Assembly (NCBI GenBank): GCA_046484135.1
Contig: JAWOBU010000028.1
Span: 1 to 32,089 of the forward strand
Direction: 5' to 3'
Length of the DNA: 32,089 nt
Source of the DNA: a bacterium
GTDB lineage: Bacteria; RBG-13-61-14; DATKZS01
Shown: in pieces, positions 17,803 to 28,411 of the stretch
Layout: each line of letters starts with the position of its first letter
How positions within the stretch are numbered: position 1 is the first letter of the stretch
Notes under the pieces: generated by a model
What the model was told of the DNA's origin: nothing
The model's input: the letters and a program-made list of their open reading frames with translations, nothing else
Databases searched by the model: none
Made by a program: the position numbers and the translations under genes

Positions 17803-18225
17803 TCAGAACCCCGAGGGTCTCCAATTGTAGGAATCCACCTTCCACTTCCCGTCTTCCTTTACAAAGCCTATCTTCCCGTAAGGCGCGTCCGAGCCCTCTA
17901 CCTTTACATATAAATAAGCCCTGCCATCAGACTGCACGTCCTTTTTCAGAACCTGGTACTCTTTTCGGGCTTGGGCCTTGTTCCACTCCATCTCCTGTTG
18001 GGAAAGCTTTTTCCGGGTGCCGGACATCTTTTCTATCTCTGCCGGGGTGGTTATTTCCCCCTTCATGCTGGAAGACGTGTACGCCTTCATGCCTTCCACG
18101 TCGTACTCCGCGACTTCGGCGTTGTACTTCTGGTAGACTTGCTCGAACGCATCCGAGCAACCCGTCAACACAGTCAAACCGAAAACAATAACAACCGCCG
18201 CGGATATAACGGCTCCCTCTTTCAT
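17803..18225 (-). CDS. Lipoprotein (DUF4878/NTF2-like)
   Basis: Lipobox LTGC after a hydrophobic stretch; C-terminal FVKEDGKWKV; GGAG SD. Confidence 0.75.
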   Translation of the reverse strand: MKEGAVISAAVVIVFGLTVLTGCSDAFEQVYQKYNAEVAEYDVEGMKAYTSSSMKGEITTPAEIEKMSGTRKKLSQQEMEWNKAQARKEYQVLKKDVQSDGRAYLYVKVEGSDAPYGKIGFVKEDGKWKVDSYNWRPSGF

Positions 18226-18348
18226 GGTCTCCCGCCCTCCTTGCTTTCAAGTGCGCATACTGTTAGTAACTCCCCTTTTTATCCTTGATACTTAACCCGT
18301 CATTTTCAATTCAGGGGGCGGAAGGACCGTCCCGTATCCTCCGTGCAT

Positions 18349-18840
18349 TTACACGGGTTTCCACTTTTTCTTTTTCAGCCTTTTCTTTTTACCTTTATGA
18401 GAGGGTGGTTTTTTGCCGTCAATCTTTTCGCGAAACATTCGGTAGTGGTTTTTGATTCTTTCTACGTACTCTTCATCCTGGAGTGCGATATCCTTTATTA
18501 ATTCGACAACCGCGGGACCGAGATCCGACTGGGGAGAGCCCGGATTGAGAGCGGGTCCCATCAGTCCGCGGATGATCTCCGGATCATCATCTTTCATCCA
18601 TCTCTTGTAGAACTCCGCGTCTTCCCATCCCCATCCCACCACGCCCACCATCTTGTTCCGGGAAGAAGAAACCACGTAGAACAACACGCGGCGACAGTCA
18701 CATCCCGGTTCATTACAGTACATCTCGAAAAGAGTGTAAGTATCAGCGGGCAATCCTTTCGATTCTTCGAGTATAATCAGGTTCCTTGTCTCCTGTGCCC
18801 CTGTTTCAGGAAAATACTCATTAAACATTACGAATGGCAT
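18349..18840 (-). CDS. Hypothetical protein with a CxxxxCDC motif and Lys-rich tail
   Basis: EMYCNEPGCDCRRV motif, GWGWE, basic C-terminus. Starts 6 nt after the upstream stop codon. Confidence 0.8.
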   Translation of the reverse strand: MPFVMFNEYFPETGAQETRNLIILEESKGLPADTYTLFEMYCNEPGCDCRRVLFYVVSSSRNKMVGVVGWGWEDAEFYKRWMKDDDPEIIRGLMGPALNPGSPQSDLGPAVVELIKDIALQDEEYVERIKNHYRMFREKIDGKKPPSHKGKKKRLKKKKWKPV

Positions 18841-18846
18841 AGGCAG

Positions 18847-19041
18847 CTATCCTTCCCAGTCCTCCTCTACTTCGACCTTCTTGGGCTTGCCGTCTTCCTC
18901 TTCAGTGCCTTCCATCATCTCGCGGGTGATCATGAGAGGGGCCATGCAGAAGGAACAATAGACGATTTCCCCCGCTCGGACCTCGTTCTCCTCCAACGGG
19001 ATGATTGCATCGCAAACCGGGCATTCCGCCTCGAAAGACAT
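18847..19041 (-). CDS. LysW-like zinc-ribbon protein (64 aa) with non-canonical C-terminus EDWEG
   Basis: AECPVCDA...GEIVYCSFCMAPL double CxxC with LysW-like spacing; highly acidic; ends EEDWEG. Start moved to ATG 19041 behind AAGGAGG. Confidence 0.75.
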   Translation of the reverse strand: MSFEAECPVCDAIIPLEENEVRAGEIVYCSFCMAPLMITREMMEGTEEEDGKPKKVEVEEDWEG

Positions 19042-19220
19042 CACAAACCCTCCTTTTTGCAAAACCTGGCGGCATGGAAACACCGAACATGGATATCGCG
19101 GCTACCGCCGCTCGCACGGCCAGCCTTCCTGTAAGCTCAGGCCTCTTCACGTCTTTACTATAATAGTTTAATAACCGTACAAACCACCGCAACCGGTTTC
19201 AGGATAAATCGCCGGTGGGC

Positions 19221-20105
19221 TCACCAGGACATGTCCGACCACTTGCGGTTATAGTTGAAAAGCGCGCCGGTCTTCGGGTTCAGCATGTAAAGTACGGAGT
19301 CGCCGTGGTACTGCGTCTTTTGATCGCCCTCCCCCATCATGTGCTTGTAAGAGATCCCGGCCACCTGCACCTTGCAGCCGCCCCCGCATTTGTCCCATTC
19401 CGAGAAGTCCACCGTATCGAGCTCCGCGCCCTCCTCCGGCAGGGGGATCAGTCCGGTCATCTTTTTGATCCATTTGTGCTTGTTCTTCTGGATGAGGCTC
19501 TTCGGGAGCTTCTTGCCGGTCTCGAGGCCGGCGAGCGCCATGTCGTTCTGATAAAAGTAGAACTTGTTCTCTTTCTGGCCGACCTCCAGGCTGATGCTGT
19601 ACTCGCCCCGGACCCGCAAACGGTACTTGTCCGCCCTGCCCTCTTCACCGATCTTCTTGTAATATACCCAGGCCTCTTTATAAGCGTCTCCGTAGCTCTC
19701 CATCTTCTTCCAGAGAGCGCTCTCCAGGTAAAGCTTGTCCGACTCGTCCCATTCCGGCGATTGAATGAAAGAGGCTTTATCCGGTTTCAGGCTGATAAGC
19801 CCCTTTTTCTTGCTGTGGCGGGCAATAGCCTGGAAGTCCTCCGTGACCTTGACCTCGGTCGCGATCACGTCCGCGCCCAGAAAGGTGTTGTAGCGCTCCT
19901 CCGAGCTCTTGATCTCGAAGCTCCGGTGCAACTCCGACGCGGAAAGACCGGGAACACCCGAGACCTCCCGGCACGCCTTCCTGCAGAAGCTCAACGCAAA
20001 AGACTCTCCATTATAGGAGCCCGCGCTACCGGAAGAAAAGCTCATAACCGACAAAAAAAGAGCGGCAAAGACCGCGCCGGCCCGTATCCAACTTCCTGGT
20101 CTCAT
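19221..20105 (-). CDS. Secreted hypothetical protein (294 aa)
   Basis: AGGAAGGAG SD, signal-peptide-like N-terminus, two CxxxC pairs (CRKAC, CGGGC). No family recognised. Confidence 0.75.
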   Translation of the reverse strand: MRPGSWIRAGAVFAALFLSVMSFSSGSAGSYNGESFALSFCRKACREVSGVPGLSASELHRSFEIKSSEERYNTFLGADVIATEVKVTEDFQAIARHSKKKGLISLKPDKASFIQSPEWDESDKLYLESALWKKMESYGDAYKEAWVYYKKIGEEGRADKYRLRVRGEYSISLEVGQKENKFYFYQNDMALAGLETGKKLPKSLIQKNKHKWIKKMTGLIPLPEEGAELDTVDFSEWDKCGGGCKVQVAGISYKHMMGEGDQKTQYHGDSVLYMLNPKTGALFNYNRKWSDMSW

Positions 20106-20124
20106 TACTTTCTCCTTCCTTTGC

Positions 20125-21054
20125 TTACTTCTCCTCGAACAGTTTCCCCTGCGAGCTTTCTACTTCCAGGTTCCATGGAGCCATTGTGAGGCTGTTTCCC
20201 GCTTCCACCGGATCGTAAACCGGTTTGTTCATGGGTCGGGTTTTCAAGGTTCCGGCCAGCTCCTGTTTGATTCTTTCCTCCGTCAGCCGGACATACTCGG
20301 GAGCCATCTCAGCTCCCGCTCCTTTGCGTTGGTGCCGGATGGCGGCAATGATGGAAGTGCCGCTTCCCACGAAAGGGTCCAGCACCCAGTCGCCCGGGTT
20401 TGACATGGAGAGCACCAGCCGCTCGACAAGTTCCACCGGAAACTGGCAGGGGTGATCCGTCTTTTCCACATGGTTATTCTTTACGTTCGGAATGATCCAC
20501 AGGTCCCCGGGATTTTTTCCGAGAGGATTGGCCGAGTACTTGCCTGCGTTGGGGCCCTTGAAATACTTTTTGCCCGGATACTTCTGCGGGACCCTGACCG
20601 GGTCCAGGTTGAAGACGTAATCGTCGGACTTGGTAAACCAGATGATGGTTTCGTACCTGCCGGAGAACCGCCTGCTGCAATGAAGCCCGTGTTCGAAATG
20701 CCAGATGATCCGGTTTCTCATCTTGAGGCCGAACTCCGAAAAAATGGGGTATAACACCGCGTCAAGAGGAATGATCGACCCCTTGTTAACATAGTTTCCC
20801 ACCTGCCAGCAGATACTCCCGTTCGGAGAAAGACAGCGCACGCATTCTTCTATCACGGACTTCTGCTGCTCGAGATATTGTTCTAACTCGAGGCGCTTCT
20901 CATACTTCTTGCCGATGTTGTAAGGGGGCGAGGTGACTATAAGCTGGATGGATTGGTCCGGAATGGCCTTCAACAGGTCCATACAATCGCCGGGGTGTAA
21001 GACAACGTTTTCGGCTTTTCCAAATTTTCGGGCTATGTTGGAATCATCGAACAT
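20125..21054 (-). CDS. Site-specific DNA methyltransferase, beta class (N4-cytosine likely)
   Basis: Catalytic TSPPY precedes HPCQFP and the SAM-binding DPFVGSGT (beta order). Start placed at ATG 21054 after AGGTGA; the ORF track start at 21099 is an alternative. Confidence 0.92.
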   Translation of the reverse strand: MFDDSNIARKFGKAENVVLHPGDCMDLLKAIPDQSIQLIVTSPPYNIGKKYEKRLELEQYLEQQKSVIEECVRCLSPNGSICWQVGNYVNKGSIIPLDAVLYPIFSEFGLKMRNRIIWHFEHGLHCSRRFSGRYETIIWFTKSDDYVFNLDPVRVPQKYPGKKYFKGPNAGKYSANPLGKNPGDLWIIPNVKNNHVEKTDHPCQFPVELVERLVLSMSNPGDWVLDPFVGSGTSIIAAIRHQRKGAGAEMAPEYVRLTEERIKQELAGTLKTRPMNKPVYDPVEAGNSLTMAPWNLEVESSQGKLFEEK

Positions 21055-21159
21055 GTAGCTCACCTGCGTTTGTTTTCGACTATTAACAATATATAACATT
21101 CCGAGAGATTAATGCAATGATCAGCTTCATTTTCTCTGACAGGTTTTCAAGGCACTTAT

Positions 21160-21188
21160 TTGTTAAATCCCCCCAAAGTGATTACAAT
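21160..21188 (+). promoter_or_regulatory. Putative sigma70 promoter of carB
   Basis: TTGTTA, 17-nt spacer, TACAAT. Confidence 0.5.
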
Positions 21189-21249
21189 ACATCCCGGCGC
21201 TATCTCGGGCGGGGCGGTAGAAAGAGATCAAGGAGTGCACTCAGGTTAA

Positions 21250-24483
<3,234 letters not shown>

Positions 24484-24614
24484 TGTTTTGTCACACGAAA
24501 AAGGAGGACAAGAAAAAATGCGAAAATCGCGATCTTCGTCGTCCCCCTTGTCCTTTTTTTTGAACAACAAAACAAGAGGGTGAACTCCACTCTTGTCCAA
24601 AACAGATTTTTATT

Positions 24615-24820
24615 TCACGCAGAGGCGCTAAGCCGCAAAGGCAAGACAAAGAAACTTGCGCCGTTGCGATACTTTATGGAAAACGTCTTCCGGAGGCGCT
24701 TTTCAAGGGACCTCGATTCCGGAAAAGCCCGGCTTAGCCGGACCACTGCTTTGGTCTTGTCTTTTCCCTTTAAACTCAAAAGAAATTCCTCCTTCTCTGC
24801 GTCTTGGCGCCTCTGCGTGA
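24615..24820. repeat. 206-bp non-coding element bounded by 26-bp imperfect inverted repeats (MITE/REP-like)
   Basis: Left TCACGCAGAGGCGCTAAGCCGCAAAG (24615-24640) versus the reverse complement of 24795-24820, TCACGCAGAGGCGCCAAGACGCAGAG: 23/26 identical, outer 14 perfect. Confidence 0.75.
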
Positions 24821-24894
24821 TACAATTGTTTGCCTCTGTCTTATATTTTGGACAGCACTGGGTGAACTCATTATTTTACGGGTTTGGCGGCGCT

Positions 24895-25806
24895 TCAGGA
24901 GTTTTGCTTCGTTTTGTCAGGCCGGTCTTTCATGATGTCGTCCCCTTGGCAGACCTCGATTACGACCAGGCCTGAGTCGGCGCCGGCTTCAACTGCATAG
25001 CCCTCCTTGGCGGGCGGGTCCAGGCTTACGCCCGGCACAAGCTCGGTGGAACCGGCCGGCCCTGTAAGCACGCCTCTGCCGGAGATAACGCTCCAGTGCT
25101 TTTCCAGCTCGCGCCTGGCGTATTCGAGTCTCCATCCTGCCTCGATCTCGAGCTTCTTGACCTGGAAGGCGTCCTGTCTGGTAAGGAGTTCGGAAGCTCC
25201 CCACGCGCATTTGCGGCGTACCTCGGCAAAGGGTGGTTCGAGCTCGCCGGAGACGACCTTTTCATAAAGCGCTTCGTAGGAGTCCACCATGTTGGGGATG
25301 GCCCGGCTGTGCTCGGCGTTGGGTAGGGGTATCTCGGCCACGTAGTTGAGCTCCGGCAAAAGCCTTTTCTCGCCTGCGTCCATGGCCACGTAGGGATAGG
25401 AGTTGAACTTGCGGAGCAGGCCCTGGATTTGTTTGTCGCGCCCGGCGCCGTGCAAGGTGGTAAGCACCGGCACCCGGAGCAGTGCCAGGCAGGAGAGGGC
25501 CTTCACGTGCAGGTGGTTATGTACGAGGTCGAACTCCCCGGCATGGGCCCTTTGCTGGCATTCGGTGATGTGGAGCTTCTCCCACCACTGCGGGTCGGGC
25601 CACGGGTCCTCCTCCCACTCCACCAGCGGCTCCGGGCAGACCGAGACCAGCTCCGCCCGCGTCAGCGAGTTGCCGGTGGCGAACAAGGTAACCTGGTGGC
25701 CCCGTTCCACCAGTCCCTCCGTAAGGTCGGAGATCATCTGCTCCTCCAGCCCGTAAGGACGCGGCGGGACCCGACGGTTTATGGGCGCAAGCATGGCTAC
25801 TCTCAT
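24895..25806 (-). CDS. GT4 glycosyltransferase N-terminal domain fused to a degenerate PMI-type cupin; donor-binding domain missing
   Basis: MRVAMLAPINRRVPPRPYGLEE...GHQVTLFATGNS...FDLVHNH...TTLHG (GT4 N-domain), then directly the terminal helix MVDSYEALY, then WG...FQVKKLEI...HWSVISGRG...LVVIEV...DI (cupin). GGAGG SD before ATG 25806. Confidence 0.75.
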   Translation of the reverse strand: MRVAMLAPINRRVPPRPYGLEEQMISDLTEGLVERGHQVTLFATGNSLTRAELVSVCPEPLVEWEEDPWPDPQWWEKLHITECQQRAHAGEFDLVHNHLHVKALSCLALLRVPVLTTLHGAGRDKQIQGLLRKFNSYPYVAMDAGEKRLLPELNYVAEIPLPNAEHSRAIPNMVDSYEALYEKVVSGELEPPFAEVRRKCAWGASELLTRQDAFQVKKLEIEAGWRLEYARRELEKHWSVISGRGVLTGPAGSTELVPGVSLDPPAKEGYAVEAGADSGLVVIEVCQGDDIMKDRPDKTKQNS

Positions 25807-25981
25807 GGCAAAACCTCCGGCTCGTCTTCCAATATAACCGGCCCGGAAAGCTGATGCAATCCTTTTTCGAAGGTATGCCGGTTCAAAAAACCGAAGTCCC
25901 CGGGCTACGGCCTGTCCATTATCTTCTTCCACTCATGTCCATATGTGTTCACTGCTAGATGAGTCCCACCCCCCGGAGCAA

Positions 25982-26162
25982 GATGGCCCACACAACTTGT
26001 TGTATGGGTGATCGAAGATCACGGGAGAATGCACTTCGTCTGGTAAAGTACAAGAAGAAGGCCGGATGGTTTGATGGCGGAGGGGTGCGGCAAACATCTT
26101 TTACAATGTACCTGCAGACCCACTTCGTGAGTCTGCCCACACAACGAGTTGTGTGGGCTATC
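25982..26162. repeat. Inverted doublet of REP-like palindromes (REPIN/MITE-like, 181 bp)
   Basis: GATGGCCCACACAAC (25982-25996) and the reverse complement of GTTGTGTGGGCTATC (26148-26162) match at 14/15. Each end is itself a hairpin (25987-26008; perfect 11-bp stem at 26135-26158). Confidence 0.75.
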
Positions 26163-26242
26163 CGGATGGCTGAGTTGTGTGGGCTATCCGGATGGCCGAG
26201 TTGTGGGCAGTCAATGGCCGAGGATGGGCTATCATGGTGGCT
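26146..26242 (+). repeat. Tandem 26-bp repeat: two near-perfect and two degenerate copies
   Basis: GAGTTGTGTGGGCTATCCGGATGGC(T/C) at 26146-26171 and 26172-26197; decayed copies at 26198-26219 and 26220-26242. Confidence 0.85.
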
Positions 26243-26376
26243 GAGTGGTTCAATCCATTTGACAAAGAGTTGTATGTTCTGCGATTGGAAACAAAGACAA
26301 ATGTCCTGATTGCCGGCGACGCTTATGGAGGGACTGACCGGTCATAAAAAATGGGGGAACTTCACCTTATATTCGC

Positions 26377-26405
26377 TTGACACTCTACAGGCGCTGGGCT
26401 AACTT
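26377..26405 (+). promoter_or_regulatory. Putative sigma70 promoter of the sulfatase-like gene
   Basis: TTGACA, 17-nt spacer, TAACTT. Confidence 0.45.
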
Positions 26406-26428
26406 TGTTCTAAGGTTTCAGTTTTTCC

Positions 26429-28327
26429 ATGCCGGTTATACACATTGATAAAAAAAGGCGCGGCGCGCTGTTATTAGCCTTATTTATTTTGCTCCCTTTC
26501 TTTATCGCCTCCTGCCGCGATTCTTTTACCGTGGGTTACTTCGAAGTCTTTAAAAAGGATGCCAATGATATCTCCAACTTCTCCGCGGCAAACAACCCCA
26601 GGCTTTCCAACCTCCGGATAAAAATAAAAGACGATACCAGGCATTGCGTGGGGCTCCAGCCCAACCACAGCATAAGCAAGGAGTTTGTCGTCCCGGAAAA
26701 AGGACACCTGGTGTTCGGCCTGGCCGCGAGGATGCCGAAGGGCCTGGAAAAACAATATTACCTGGAAGTCCTGGCCCGGCAGGAGTCGGGAAGTCTCGTT
26801 TCGCTTTATAAAACCGGGTTTGACGCAAAAAGGGAATGGAAGGACCATGACATCAACCTTCACAGGTTTGCCGGCCGGAAAGTAAAGATGATCTTCCAGT
26901 TCGTGTATGAAGGAGATACCAAGAAACAGGAGTTCGCGAAGGCCCTCGCGTTTGTAAGCAACCCGCGCGTCATCAGGGACGAGCCGGACAAGCCCAACAT
27001 CATACTGATCGTACTGGACGCATTGCGGGCCGACCACGTCTCCTACGACCCGGCCGAGCCGGGGGTTACCCCTCGGCTTGCCGGTCTTGCTTCCAAGGGT
27101 GTAGGCTTTAAAAGACATTACTCGCAGAGCTCGTGGACCGGGCCTTCGGTGCCTTCCCTGCTTACTTCCCGGATGCCGGCGCAAAACAGAAACTTCTCCT
27201 TTGCCAGCATGAAGCTGCCGGCCGAGCAAAAGACCATGACGGACATCCTGTCCGCGTCGGGCCGGCGCACCGCTGCGGTGTCCACCCAGCTTATTGTAAG
27301 CCATCGTTTCAACTACGACCGGGGGTTCGATTGTTTCAAGTTCGCGTTTAACCTGCCTTACTCCGGGGGGCGCTCCGGCGAAGCTATTACGGACAAGGCG
27401 ACCTCCTGGCTCGAATCGTACCACGAGCTGCCTTTCTTTCTTTACCTGCACTACATGGACCCGCACGAGCCTTACATGCCGCCGTGGGGCTTTATCGAGC
27501 CGGACAAAGACAAGGTATCGAGGCTGAAATATATAGCTACCATTCCCTGGTGGGGAAAGTACAATGTAAAGAACATCTTTCCTTTGTATCCTCTCCGTTT
27601 TAAAGAGACTTATAAGTCCTTGTACCGCACCGAGGTCCGCTATATGGACTACAGTTTGGGCAAGCTTTTCGATAAGCTCGCCGAACTGGGTCTTATGAAG
27701 AACACCATGATCGTAATCACCTCGGACCACGGGGAGGCCTTTTTCGAGCACGGCACCATGATGGGACACGGCACCTCTTTATACGAAGAGCAGGTGAAAA
27801 TACCCTTCATAATCTACTACCCGCCGGAAATTGAAGGAGGCAGGGTGGTGAAGTCGGTTACCAGCAACCTGGACCTCTTGCCCACTGTACTCGACTATGC
27901 AGGGCTGCCGCCTGCCGAGGGCTTGATGGGACGTTCATTGAGGCCCGTGATAGAAGGAGAAATAAAAGAGAGGGAGCGGGCCGTGTTTGCCGAGCTCCCC
28001 CGCTTGATAAACTATCACTACCTCCATCCCGATCACCGGAAAGGACAGAAGGACAGCCTGGTAAGGGCCATGATCACAAAAAAGTACAAGATCATCGAGT
28101 ACACCGACCAGGAAGAAAACGCCTCCCGGGTCGAGGTCTATAACTTGGAAAAAGACCCGGCAGAAAAGAACCCCTATCCACTTCATCGCGAGGAAAAATT
28201 CTTGAGCTACAAAAACCAAATGGACGAGTTCTTCCAAAACCTCGGAGCGGAGATTCCCCCTCCCGGCAGCGAACAGCCCAACCGGCAGGAGGTGGAGATA
28301 TTGAAATCACTGGGGTACGTAAGATAA
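26429..28327 (+). CDS. Sulfatase-like hydrolase/transferase (alkaline phosphatase superfamily), exported or lipoprotein, with an N-terminal beta-rich domain
   Basis: PNIILIVLDALRADH, SWTGPSVPSLLTS, FLYLHYMDPHEPY, TSDHGE, GHG, DLLPT, YNLEKDPAE, LKSLGY. Hydrophobic N-terminus with IASC. Confidence 0.9.
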   Translation: MPVIHIDKKRRGALLLALFILLPFFIASCRDSFTVGYFEVFKKDANDISNFSAANNPRLSNLRIKIKDDTRHCVGLQPNHSISKEFVVPEKGHLVFGLAARMPKGLEKQYYLEVLARQESGSLVSLYKTGFDAKREWKDHDINLHRFAGRKVKMIFQFVYEGDTKKQEFAKALAFVSNPRVIRDEPDKPNIILIVLDALRADHVSYDPAEPGVTPRLAGLASKGVGFKRHYSQSSWTGPSVPSLLTSRMPAQNRNFSFASMKLPAEQKTMTDILSASGRRTAAVSTQLIVSHRFNYDRGFDCFKFAFNLPYSGGRSGEAITDKATSWLESYHELPFFLYLHYMDPHEPYMPPWGFIEPDKDKVSRLKYIATIPWWGKYNVKNIFPLYPLRFKETYKSLYRTEVRYMDYSLGKLFDKLAELGLMKNTMIVITSDHGEAFFEHGTMMGHGTSLYEEQVKIPFIIYYPPEIEGGRVVKSVTSNLDLLPTVLDYAGLPPAEGLMGRSLRPVIEGEIKERERAVFAELPRLINYHYLHPDHRKGQKDSLVRAMITKKYKIIEYTDQEENASRVEVYNLEKDPAEKNPYPLHREEKFLSYKNQMDEFFQNLGAEIPPPGSEQPNRQEVEILKSLGYVR

Positions 28328-28411
28328 AAGGCAACAGGCGGGAGCATATAAAGCGTTTGTTTTCTCGCGGCTCAAGCCGCTCGCACGTAGAAGAGAGGTT
28401 AATCGTTTGCC

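Noticed and set aside
24580..24975. 131-aa plus-strand ORF
   Set aside because: It spans the inverted-repeat element and overlaps the end of the GT-cupin gene; the composition reflects the repeat.
26146..26242. CRISPR array
   Set aside because: The repeats are directly abutting with no unique spacers, and there are no cas genes in the window.
25959..26309. 116-aa plus-strand ORF, possible transposase remnant
   Set aside because: It is translated through palindromes and tandem repeats, has no SD and no HUH or DDE motif; most likely spurious.
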